The notes under the pieces were generated by a model. It did not search any database. It was not told where the DNA came from and saw only the letters and a program-made list of their open reading frames with translations. Made by a program: the position numbers and the translations under genes. Below are positions 1 through 11,357 of a stretch of 64,000 bases of DNA, piece by piece. Origin of the DNA: Protoeuglena noctilucae (taxonomy: Eukaryota); NCBI GenBank assembly GCA_958009085.1, contig OY253672.1, positions 124,001 to 188,000 of the forward strand, given 5' to 3'. The first letter of the stretch is position 1, and the number at the start of each line of letters is the position of its first letter.

Positions 1-182
1 CGGTGGCTGCCCTCGCATGACGCCGGGTCCGCCTGTTCCCCCGAAGCGCCGATCGCACCGTCGCCAGGCACGCAGAGGTTTTGGCTGGCGCGACCAGAAA
101 AGGGTCCGCGGGCGGGGCTGGGCATCGGCAGCGCCGCGCGGGGCGAGCCGTCTTGGTCAGGGGTTGCGCTGGTGGCTGAGCC

Positions 183-1913
183 ATGGGGCGGTCGTGGCGC
201 TACCTGGTCGCGCTCCTCGCGCTGGGTGCGGGCCTGCGCTGCGCGCGTTCCTTTCACGTGACGATCGCCGCGTCGGCCGAGGGCAGATGAGCGACTCTGC
301 GACATTTGTTCCCCCCTGACCCGCCGCAGTGTCGTGCGCCGGCTGGGCTCTGGGGTGCGTGCCACACGGGGGTCCGGGTTCGCCACGCGAATGCGCCGCC
401 CGGCGGCACCCGATGGTCGCCCGCGCCGGCCCTCCGGCTGATGGCGCGAGGCGTGTCATGCTGGCTAGGATTCTGCGCCATTGCCTCCCTCCGCTCCGCG
501 GCCTCGCAGGCGTACATTCTATGACATTCTGGAAGTGTCGCGGTCGGCCGACGAGGCCCAGATCAAGCGGGCGTTCCGGAAGCTGGCGATGCAATATCAT
601 CCGGACAGAAACCCTGGTGAGCGCGGGGCCGGTTTCCCGGCCCCGGAGGCCCTGGATGCCCCGGTAAAGGCGGCCTGCGTGCCTTCCGCCCTTCAGGGGA
701 CGAGAGCGCGGCGAAGAAATTTGCCGAGATAAACGAGGCGTACGAGGTGCTGTCTGACCGGGAGACGCGCGCGATCTACGACCAGCACGGGGAGGAGGGG
801 GTGCGGCGCCACCGGGCGGGCGCGGGGCAGCAGCAGCAGGGCTTCCCGGGGGGCGTGCAGTTCGATTTCGGGGGCTTTTCTTTCAGCTTCGGGGACGACG
901 CGGCACAGAAGGAGGTCAAGGGCGACGACGTGGTGGTGGAGCTGTCCGTGACGCTCGAGGACCTGTACAACGGGCAGGAGTTCGCCCTGCACCGGGAGAA
1001 GGCCGTGTTCGTGGAAACGTCGGGCTTCAGGCGAGGGAGGGCCGGGCTGGCGGGCCCTCGGCTTGCCGAGCGAGCGCTTTCGCATGCGCCCATGTGCGGC
1101 CGCGCGCCCCTCGCAGGCAGTGCAACTGCCAGCAGAAGATGGTGACGCGCCAGCTGGGCCCGGGGATGTTCCAGCAGTACACGACGACGGAGTGCGAGCG
1201 GTGCCCCAATGTCAAGGCCGAGACGCGGGGGGAGGTGCTCGAGGTCCACGTCGAGCCCGGGATGCGCGAGGGCCAGGAGATCCGGTGCGGCGCTCGCGGC
1301 GCGGCATGATCGGAGTCCTCCGGCGCTGCCTGCCCGCCGTTCCCGAGACGACGCGTGGGGCTCTGCGCCCGCCGCAGGTTGCGCGAGGAGGGCGAGCCAC
1401 ACCCGGACGGGGAGGCTGGGGACCTGCGCTTCAGGCTTCGGCAGGAGCCGCACCCGCGCTTCCGCCGCGAGGACGATGACCTGCACTTCGACTTGCCGAT
1501 CACGCTGACCGAGGCGCTCGTGGGCTTCTCCAAGGCCATCCGGCACCTCGACGGCCACTGGGTCGAGGTCACAGAGTCCGGTGAGCGCGCAGGGTGTCGA
1601 GGAACCCCGCTCTCCAGCCGGGCTGCGGCTGCCACGAGCTCGGCCGCACGCCACGGGCAGGCGTCGCGTCGCGCAGCCACTCCTGGCACCGGGTGCGACC
1701 CCACAACCAACGAACGCGGAACCCTGACCCCCCGCGCCCGTCGCAGGCGTGACGAGGCACGGCGAGGAGCGCGTCGTGGCGGGCGAAGGTATGCCCATTC
1801 ATGACTCCTGGGGCAACTTCGGCGACCTCCACATCCACTTCCAGGTGGCGTTCCCCTCGGAGCTGACGCCGGCGCAGAAGGCGCAAGTGAGAAAGCTCGG
1901 GTTCACATACTGA
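183..1913 (+). CDS. ERDJ3: ER-luminal DnaJ co-chaperone (ERdj3/DNAJB11-like), multi-exon
   Basis: Spliced model gives a signal peptide ([23 protein letters not shown]) and a J-domain ([38 protein letters not shown] motif). It continues with a G/F region, CNC...QLGPGMFQQ...CERCPNVK, and a C-terminal domain ending [25 protein letters not shown]...LGFTY*. Confidence 0.93.
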
Positions 1914-1938
1914 CAAAAGCGCGATGCCGGGCGCTCAA

Positions 1939-2912
1939 TCACGACTCAAGGATGGTTTTAGAGACATCGTCAAGCATTTTTTTTATGCCCGTAAGTGATC
2001 TGTATGGCCAGCGCTTAATGGCATGTTTCCGGCAGATGCGCTTGAGCACCGTTTGGCCAACATTAAGCTCCTTTGCAGCCTCTTGGATTGGAAGGTGAAA
2101 AACTCTTCGCAAGTCGCCGAGGGCAATTTTTGTCGAGCCTTCCTGCACAACAACAGGCACAATGGCCAGTTAGGTTTTGTCACACCGCTGATCATGTTTC
2201 ACGTATTCTCTGCGCACCTTGTCAATGCCGTGCGACCGTGTCCCACTGCCGAAAAGTGGCACCAATGCCGTTGCTTGCACCTCCACGGTCTGCAAGATGA
2301 GAAGAAGGCCTGAGCAACCTGCAATAAAAGCAACAGACGCTGTAATACAAACACACACGAAAATGCAGAGCTTACCTTTCGCGCTACAAGGCTGAATCCT
2401 TCCATTGATTTTTCCGCCACAACTTTATCGAGAGTGCTGTCCAGATTCACTGTGTCGACGTTTCCAAGGCTGCCCATAGACATTTCCTTCCATGTCTGTT
2501 TGGAAAAGTAAGCGGACAATTTTGTTATTACAGATAGCCGCTGATGATGACAGCGACACGCTGATACGCAGGTTCCTAGAATTACCTGGCATCCTTCCCC
2601 GGCCTTTCTGCAGAGCACTTTGCAGTTCACTTCCCCTGATGGCTCGGTGACAAGCTCCACTTAAATAGATGTAGTTCCTGCAAAGAGATGGCGAATTAGG
2701 GTGTAATGGTAGGTTGTGATCACGTGAAAGCACACAAAGGATGGAAGGATGAAAACAATTTGAGTTGAAGTCTTCTAGCTGTCTGTTAATACATGTGTGC
2801 GTGGGTAAGCACCAGAAGACAGTTATAAGCCACAGAGAGGCATACCTCGAATCATTTCGAGGGACGCACACGGGTGCCCTGTGGGTGCGCCGCACTCGCT
2901 TGTGTGTTGCAT
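1939..2912 (-). CDS. Small RWP-RK transcription factor with C-terminal RWP-RK domain (MID-like architecture); possible in-frame stop
   Basis: Last exon 2142-1939 encodes LGDLRRVFHLPIQEAAKELNVGQTVLKRICRKHAIKRWPYRSL. Upstream GT-AG exons join in phase: MQHTSECG...EMIR / ...VELVTEPSGEVNCKVLCRKAGEGCQ / TWKEM...GFSLVARK / TVEV...GIDK. Total about 180 aa. Start codon and exon 2 acceptor are uncertain. Confidence 0.85.
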
Positions 2913-3581
2913 CCCTCGCCTCGGCTTTGCTCTACTTCCGCTAAATGAAAACAACTGTTTAAAGAAATACTGCGGCATTTCTTTACAATCAACAAGCCGC
3001 AAAGCCTTCGTTAAACGAAGGCTTCTTGCCAGAGCCTTCGTTGCCACGCCGCACGCATTAGACGCGCTGCGGGGGCCGCTGTCTCGCCACATTCACACAA
3101 GTGAAAGGCAGTAGAGCTGCATTGTTGCTTTCGAGGAAAGGGAGCAGTGGACCAGGAAGGCTGGCCTGGGCTGGCTTGAAAGGCACGGGAAGCACCTGAA
3201 GGCTCGGAAAGCAGATTGCAACGATGCATTCTGTGATAGGTGATACCGAAAGACGCCCCTGCTGGATCGACAGGCTGCACATTTATTGCAGTGCCAAGTG
3301 GCATTGCGCAAATGGGCTCTGATTGCTGATATATGAGCCAAAAGTAATATATATTGTGTTAAGCAACGTGGCGTTTCGCCCACGGCACGTGTTAACTTCT
3401 GAAGTGTCATGACGGCTGCATGTACGCTCATCGCCACTTGGCAGTGTCTGCCTTTGTATAACTCGCATTCTTTGCTGGCGACAACACTTTTCAGATACCC
3501 CTCTGTACTTAGTGAAAGATGTGATGACATAGTTGGTGTACAATGCTGCGTCGCAACTGAAATTAATATTCATGCATGCAG

Positions 3582-5035
3582 AAACCAAGGCGACGCCACG
3601 GAGCCAAGAATTGATGTCATTGGCCTCTGACATCGTCTGCATTACCCAGTCGGAAAGCAAGGTTTGTCAGTACAATTAATGTCTTTGAGCACTGAAAGTG
3701 CGATGTAGTTGAGCCTGTCTTCTCCGTTGCTTTGCAGGCCAAAAGTAAGGCTGGATCTACTGAAAAGTATAACAAGCGTGTTGGAAGTGATGATGCTGAA
3801 CAGCTAGACGGACACCCGGTGCGAGCCTTTATCTGATTTTCAGGATTACATTATAAATAATGTTTGTTGTAAAAAAAGAGCAATGTATCCCTCGCCTTGT
3901 CCGCAGACCATGACGTCCATCGCTACATGCTTTGACATGCCAATTGAGGAGGCGGCAAAGAAGCTTGGCGTCGGAGTAACTGTCTTAAAAAAGCACTGCA
4001 GGAAGCTTCAGATCGAGCGATGGCCATACAGGTGGTGGCACACTACTACGGACAACTTTGTTTGCAGATATCAACCGAGAACGTTATCTATATTTCTACA
4101 TGCAGAAAGCGAGTTGGTGTGAGAAAGACAATCAAGCAAATCACCAGTGAGGTTGACAAAATGGGAAAATCATGCCTTCCAAGTCCTTTGGCTCTGCAGC
4201 TTCAATGGCAAGTTCTGTTGACGCAACATCTAGCACAATTGATATCCTGCGGTTTTTTAAACAATCCTCACCCTCTTTTTAACCCCTTTTGTAACCTTGT
4301 GACCGCAGGGTCTCTGAGAGGACTAACACCACCTCGTCTTCGCAACAGAAGGACAGGTACCTTATTCTGCACGTCAATGCAGCAAGCTAATTGTATCGCT
4401 TAATAATTTATAAAGAAGGAAATTTTAGTTTCCCCCCCTTGTCTATGCAGTGAAAATAAAAACGATTTAGGCACGCTAAACGCCTCGGACCATGAAGTCT
4501 TGTCCTCACCAAGTAAGTTTTCATGCCCTTTAAGCTGAAATCTGACACATATCTCTGGGTAAATAATGTTATGGTTAATTTTACCTTGGGTCCTTGTTCT
4601 CGTCAGAATTACTTCAAGAGGAAAATGAAGAAACGACATCGGGCCTTCTACTTCCATTTATTCCGCCACACTGTGATACACCCTTTTCTCGTCAGCTGGC
4701 AAACCTTGAGGGACAGATGTCAAACAGTCCTGCCCAGCTCCCAGGAACGGAGGTCGTAGCAGCAGATTTTCTTTTTGCTGAAAATCTCTTCAACATCCAG
4801 TGAGTGGTGCTCTCGACCGTAATCAAACAATATATTTCCGCTTTCCACAAATGTACCACTATAATATATCAATACATCTCATTTGCAGGTTGGGAATCGA
4901 CCATCAAGATATACAATTTGACACCCTGCCTAAGTGCGACGAGAATTTTGCGCAAGAAGGTGAATAAGCAAGACAATTTGTTATCATGCAGACCAAACAA
5001 TTTTAAAGCATTTAATTGCAGTTATTGCAACATGA
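3582..5035 (+). CDS. Second RWP-RK transcription factor (central RWP-RK domain, multi-exon; true start probably further upstream)
   Basis: [40 protein letters not shown], then an intron (~4032-4105), then KRVGVRK, completing RWPYRK. In-phase exons can be chained upstream ([14 protein letters not shown]...) and downstream to TGA at 5033-5035. Confidence 0.8.
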
Positions 5036-5176
5036 ATATCACTTTGTGCATCAGCCACTCCACGCACCAGTTCAAGTGACTGCAGCCTGTGCCCGCTGCC
5101 GATCTGATCCCGCTTCGATTCAAACGTGACGTCCATTGACAGTTTCCATTTTCATTCCTAGCTGGCTAGCTGCCTC

Positions 5177-6454
5177 GTCACGCCGGCCCCCGCAAGTGCA
5201 CGCCGCTGCCACCCGTCGGCCCCGCGCCGGGGTGCCACGTTGAAAGCAGCCATGCCTCCCTCGAGGACCGAGACGCGTCGTGCTCGATCGGGCCGCCCGC
5301 CGTCGACCTCCCTGCGCGTCAGCCAGCGCGACGCCTCAGTCACGCCGCAAACGCATGCCGGGCGGCCCGTCTCGGCGTCCGCCCGCCCCGCACCTGCCCG
5401 CGCCAGCGATTCGATCTTCTGCAGGACCTTCTTGCCCAGCCTCACTCGGCTCTCGGGGGACGACACGAGCACCGGCGCGCCGCCGCCGGCCTTGGCCCCG
5501 GCCACGTCGGCTGCCCATGGGGACTCGGCGGGGGGGGGCGCTGCGAGCGGGGGCAGGGTGGGTCAGGGGCCGCCGCTCGCAGCATGGAGCCGCGGGCCAC
5601 CGCCCGTGGTGCCCCTGGACCGGCGCTCACCTGCGCAGGACACGCTCCCGGGACGACAGCGGGCGCGACTTGAGCGGGTACCCCCCCGGCGGCGTGCGGG
5701 CGCTCCGGGGAGCCGGGGCCGGGTGCGGGGCGGCGGCCGGCGGCTGCGGCCGCGGGGGTGCCCCCCCCGGCGGCGCTGCCCTGCCCGCCCCGCCGTCGGC
5801 GTGGGTCGCCCCCCCTCCCCCCAGTGCCAGCATGCGGCGCACCTCGCTGGAGCGCGGCTGGTTGATGACGGCCTTGACCGCCGGGGACAGGTCGCCCGCG
5901 CGGTAGTGGGCGGGGATGTGGGAGTGCGTGCTGTAGGCGCTGANNNNNNNNNNNNNNNNNNNNNNNNNNNNNNNNNNNNNNNNNNNNNNNNNNNNNNNNN
6001 NNNNNNNNNNNNNNNNNNNNNNNNNNNNNNNNNNNNNNNNNNNNNNNNNNNNNNNNNNNNNNNNNNNNNNNNNNNNNNNNNNNNNNNNNNNNNNNNNNNN
6101 NNNNNNNNNNNNNNNNNNNNNNNNNNNNNNNNNNNNNNNNNNNCACCGTGAAGATGCGCCCGTCCGCCTCGGGCGTGGGCGGCGCCACAATGCCCCTTGC
6201 GTTGCGCGTGCGCTTGAGCTGCCTCACGAACCGCCGCACCGCTGCGTCGGGGGGCGGGCGGGCCCCGTCGGCCACGGCGCCCCCCGGGGACCCCGGCTGC
6301 TTCTCCGCGTCGAGCTTGCGCGCGTGCAGCTGCGACGAGGACACGAGCGAGAAGGGGAAGAGGAACTTGGACGTGTAGGACGTGAAGGCGCTGAAGCTGG
6401 CCCTGCAAGCGGGAGAGGAGGCGTGGTCGCTGGGCCCTCACCCACATCACCCAC
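5177..6454 (-). other. 3' exons of an unidentified GC-rich protein-coding gene (gene X), 5'-truncated at the DnaJ duplication and interrupted by an assembly gap
   Basis: Minus-strand exon-like frames ASFSAFTSYTSKFLFPFSLVSSSQLHARKLD..., ...HSHIPAHYRAGDLSPAVKAVINQPRSSEVRRMLALG... and ...SPESRVRLGKKVLQKIESLARA are bounded by GT-AG sites. No family recognised, and continuity across the gap is unproven. Confidence 0.5.
5944..6143. other. Assembly gap (200 N)
   Basis: Run of N; same length as the second gap, so probably a placeholder size. Confidence 0.99.
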
Positions 6455-9400
6455 CTGTACAACGGGCAGGAGTTCGCCCTGCACCGGGAGAAGGCCGTGT
6501 TCGTGGAAACGTCGGGCTTCAGGCGAGGGAGGGCCGGGCTGGCGGGCCCTCGGCTTGCCGAGCGAGCGCTTTCGCATGCGCCCATGTGCGGCCGCGCGCC
6601 CCTCGCAGGCAGTGCAACTGCCAGCAGAAGATGGTGACGCGCCAGCTGGGCCCGGGGATGTTCCAGCAGTACACGACGACGGAGTGCGAGCGGTGCCCCA
6701 ATGTCAAGGCCGAGACGCGGGGGGAGGTGCTCGAGGTCCACGTCGAGCCCGGGATGCGCGAGGGCCAGGAGATCCGGTGCGGCGCTCGCGGCGCGGCATG
6801 ATCGGAGTCCTCCGGCGCTGCCTGCCCGCCGTTCCCGAGACGACGCGTGGGGCTCTGCGCCCGCCGCAGGTTGCGCGAGGAGGGCGAGCCACACCCGGAC
6901 GGGGAGGCTGGGGACCTGCGCTTCAGGCTTCGGCAGGAGCCGCACCCGCGCTTCCGCCGCGAGGACGATGACCTGCACTTCGACTTGCCGATCACGCTGA
7001 CCGAGGCGCTCGTGGGCTTCTCCAAGGCCATCCGGCACCTCGACGGCCACTGGGTCGAGGTCACAGAGTCCGGTGAGCGCGCAGGGTGTCGAGGAACCCC
7101 GCTCTCCAGCCGGGCTGCGGCTGCCACGAGCTCGGCCGCACGCCACGGGCAGGCGTCGCGTCGCGCAGCCACTCCCACAAGTGGGAGATTCACCGCGTGC
7201 CGGGACCTCGATTTTCGCGTACCGCCAGAACAGGGCCACAACAAGCCCGGTACGCGGTCGGTACGCGGTTTCCGGGGCCGCGGCCGCGTACCGCGGGTAC
7301 AGAGTCGTCACCGCCCTGGTACGCTCCTTTGGCGGTTTCAGCGCTCCAGCGGCGCCTCTCGCCCCGCGCATGCGCTCGCTCGTGGGTTTGAATACTAATG
7401 ATGCCGGCGCGCGAAGCGGGGCGGTCGCCGGGCGGCTCTGGAGACGGCGACTCTGGTTGCAAGGACGTGCGCGTTCCCGACGGCGACGCCGGCATCCGCA
7501 GGGACTGCGGGGGGTTCCTGAATATGAGGAGGTACCGCCGGTGGTTCCGGCGCCCTCTCGCCATCACTTTTCAGTCGACGCCACGGGTTTCCTGCGCTCT
7601 TGGAGGCGCTGCTCTGGCGAGGGGCGCGCGGGGACCGATATGGTCCAGCACACTGCGGGTCGTGTCGGCGGTTGATGGAGCGCGGCGTGTTTCCCGAGCC
7701 CATGAGCCCGGTCGAGGGCGCAGCGACGGCGGGGGCGGTGCATAGCGGATGGCATCCGACAGGCGCGTCTTGCGCGGGTTGCGCGCCGAGCCTGTGACTG
7801 CGCTGGAAGCTGGAAGCGTAACGGCATGCATCCACATACCCATGACTCGGGCAAACCCAGCCGCGCGCTCGGAGGGGGACGGCTGCACGGAGACGTGGAT
7901 CGCAGGCGGGCCCGAGGGACGCGCAGACGGACGGCTGCAGCACCTGACGAGTGCTATGGGCTTAGAGAATGTATCGCGATGTCGTAGCAAAGGCATGGAA
8001 GGGTACTGAGCGCTGCGGGCCCGCTCATCTGGGGGCAAGCTGATGCGAGACGCGACGCGGCGCTCGAGTCGCGCCGGCGCTAGCCAGTGGCCCCCGTGTG
8101 TTATTGAAGGATCCATGAGTTGCAGAAACACCGTAGTTTTGCCCGTCATTTGCCCGAGAGGCGCGGGGACGCGCTTGCAACTCCAATCAAATAACGGCAC
8201 CGAGGGTGCCGCGATGGAGATCCTGATGGTGGGAGATTGGTATGTGGCGTGTAAGCAACTCGTTGGGTGAAGGGCTAGATCACCAGCGCTTTCCGCAACC
8301 CCTCCGCAACCTGGGAGCAGGCTGGCGTTCCCTGACGCCCGTGTCGGGCGCCAGCTCGCGGCGTTTTCGGCGCGCAAAGGCCCAGCCGCACCTGCAGACG
8401 ATGCACAACCTACTTCTGCAGGTGTGGCTCGAGCGCCATGTAGGTCACAGCGTTTCCCGCCCTCTCGGGCGGGCGGCGTGTTCAAACGCAGCTCGAGTCT
8501 CCCGGCCCCGGGCGTGTGAGACGAGGGGATCCGGCCGCGTCGGGCTGTTTAGGCAGGGTGCCCACAAGGAGCCTTCCGGGGGCCGTTCTCGGCGTGCGCG
8601 AGGTATCTTGCCGCCTCCAAGCTACTGATGAGTTCAATCCCGTGCAAACTGCGTCGTCCGCGAGGTCCCGGAGCTGACGGTGAGCCACATCGCCGGCTCT
8701 GGACATCGGCCTGCCGGGGCCGCGATGGCCGCTCTCGCCCCTCCGAATGGACCTCAAGTGCTTTGTAGTAATGCTCTGCGCTGGATCCCTGCAGAATCCG
8801 CCGCTATCTCGCAGCGACTGGCGGGGCTGGCCTGGCTCGCAGCATACCCTGGCGATTGCGGCTACGATGCACTCAGGGCCCGCGCCGCACCCGCAGGAGA
8901 CGGTGGCTTACGTTCAGTCAATGCTGTGTCGCCGGTAGAGAGCCTCAGGTGAGGCCGCCTGTGTTGGCGTGTGGCCGATGCCAGGACGCAGTGGCTGAAG
9001 TGGCGTTTTCGTGCCGTCGTGGCGCATGCTGTGTGTGCTCTGGTGGCACGCGATGGGCCTCGCGTCATGGGCCTCCGTCAGCCGGCCGGCTCATGATCAG
9101 CCCAGCACCGTGCCGGTCAAATGTCGGTCACGCGATCTGCGCTGGACGCAGGACACCTGTCATGCTGTGAGCTCCATTCTCAGAGGCCGTGTCCTTGCTC
9201 GTTGCATCCAGGGTTGAGCAGAGGTGGCGGCACATGTGTTGCCGACCTGCTCTGTGCAGGCCTCAGAGCAGGTCGGCGTGCGAGAGGTGAGTCTGGTGCC
9301 TGCAGCTGTTCGCATAGGCAACCTTTGCCCCTTCTTCTGCAGTGCATGTCGATAAATGACAGACGCTGCCATTTGCGCTTGACGTGTGTGGCACGCCTAC

Positions 9401-11357
9401 TGTCGTGCGCCTGTGCAGCTGCGCCATGGCAGGTAGCGGAAGGGAGACGCTGACATGTTGCGTGACGGTGCACCCTTTGCTTGCGGATTCATGGGTTGCG
9501 GCTGCCTTTCACATGCTCCTGGTCTTCCCTCGCGGCGCACGGCCGTGGTGACCGCCCCTGGTGCATGGTGCAACTGCAGGCCGGCAGTTGTCGGAGGCCG
9601 AGCCTTGGCTGCGTGTCATCTCGGCTGTCTTCATTTCGCACCCTTCCAGACCATGCTTACTCGGTGAGCGTGGCCCACGCGCCTGCGCTGGCGTGTCGCT
9701 CAGCTGGGCCAGATGCATGCGAGGTCAGGAGGCTGCTCCAGTGGTGTGTGGCAGCGGCCGTTGGCAAGCGTGGTCCTGCATGCTCTTTCAGAGTAGCTGC
9801 CTTCAGCACGCATCCGTGTGTGCCCGGCCGTGCCTTGCGATGCAGTGTTGGTGGCTTGGGCGCTGACGCCACTATGATGCACTGGCAGACCTGCTGGCAA
9901 CATGGTCCGCAGTTATGCTGCTCACGCTTCATGCCCGCAGAGCATTGGGCAGGCTTTCACCTGGCGGTGGGCTGCGAGGTGAGTGCATGTTGTGAGCGGC
10001 ACGTCGCTGTAGGAGCTATAACTGCAGGGGAGGGCGCTCAACTTCTTGTCATCACTGCGCTGCTTTGCACCACACCTCTTGCCTCGCAAGAGTTCGGTCT
10101 GCAAGCTTCATGCTGGGTGTAGTACGCGCGGCTGCTGCTGCTGCCTGACGTGTGCGAGGTGTGCTGATGGGTGGGCGTTTGTGGGCTGAACTGGGCTTGG
10201 CATTGGAGATGGGCTGGTGGGCATGTTGAGTGTGTTGTCGCCAGCAGGGCCAAAGCCTAAGACGGTCCCCGTGTTCGTGCGCACAGCAACTGGGAGCCCA
10301 GGTTGTGAGCGGGGGACGGACGTGGCGTCGAGTGGCCCGAGCATTCGCGTGGGCGGTCAGACGAGGGCTGCCCGGGAGGTGTACGAGTGCTGCTGCAGTG
10401 CGTGCAGGTGGGCGGGTGCGAAGGCCTAAGACCAGCGCCATGGGGGCCTCCCGGCTGCCAATGCGCTTGCCTGCGCTGTCTGTATGTTATGTTATTATGT
10501 TATGTGGTATGTAGGATATGATCCTTGCGGCTGCCTTGCTGCCAGGCTTGTCTTGGTTGCTCGTGGCAGTGCAGCGGTGCAAAGTCGTGGGGCCGCCAGT
10601 TGCGGTGTGGCCGGGCCCGGTGGCCGATGCGCTGGCCTGCGCCGTTTGTGTGTGATGCCGAGGTGCTGCCCTGCTGCCTGTGTCTTGTTGTTACTTTGGC
10701 GTGCAGCGTTGCCGTGCTAAGTCGTGGGGCGCGTGGCGCGGGCGGCCTGTGCGCCTGCTGCGCGTGCCGCGCCTGCCTGCGCGCCTGCCGTCGTGGTGGC
10801 CATCTGCGGCCATTTATGAGTTCCTGGCCCTCCTGGCCCTGGTCACGTACTGACACTGGTTGAAGAGCAGTACCTACAGCGCATCCGCGGCCCGCAGCAG
10901 CCGAAACGTTCCACCAGCGTTCCAGAACCGCGTACTCGCGTTGTTCCGCCCGTGTTCCGCCCGAGTTCCCACCGCCTTGTACGGCCTGCGTATGCCTGCG
11001 TACGGCCGATGTACCGCCGCTGTACCGCCGTTGTTCCCTCCGCAGGCGTAAAAGTCGTGTACCGCGCCGGTACGCGGCGAATCTCCCACTAGTGCCTGGC
11101 ACCGGGTGCGACCCCACAACCAACGAACGCGGAACCCTGACCCCCCGCGCCTGTCGCAGGCGTGACGAGGCACGGCGAGGAGCGCGTCGTGGCGGGCGAA
11201 GGTATGCCCATTCATGACTCCTGGGGCAACTTCGGCGACCTCCACATCCACTTCCAGGTGGCGTTCCCCTCGGAGCTGACGCCGGCGCAGAAGGCGCAAG
11301 TGAGAAAGCTCGGGTTCACATACTGACAAAAGCGCGATGCCGGGCGCTCAATCACGA
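6453..11357 (+). pseudogene. 5'-truncated duplicate of the DnaJ gene (copy of 961-1944), split by a transposon
   Basis: 6453-7175 matches 961-1683 and 11095-11357 matches 1682-1944, including introns; one SNP seen (1739 C vs 11152 T). It lacks the signal peptide and J-domain exons. Confidence 0.95.
7176..11094. mobile_element. Non-autonomous CACTA/EnSpm-type DNA transposon, 3,919 bp, 2-bp TSD (CC)
   Basis: Left end CACAAGTGGGAGATTCACCGCGTGCCGG; reverse complement of right end CACTAGTGGGAGATTCGCCGCGTACCGG (28-bp imperfect TIR). Dense GTAC-centred subterminal repeats at both ends. The empty site GCCACT-CC-TGGCACC at 1676-1690 shows CC duplicated at 7174-7175 and 11095-11096. No transposase recognised. 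Confidence 0.9.

Noticed and set aside
8624..8677. C/D snoRNA or hammerhead ribozyme (CTGATGAG ... CTGA) inside the transposon
   Set aside because: No GAAA core with supporting stems for a hammerhead, and no convincing terminal stem or guide for a snoRNA.
7398..10863. Transposase ORF within the CACTA element
   Set aside because: Only short ORFs, with no recognisable TnpD/TnpA or DDE motifs.
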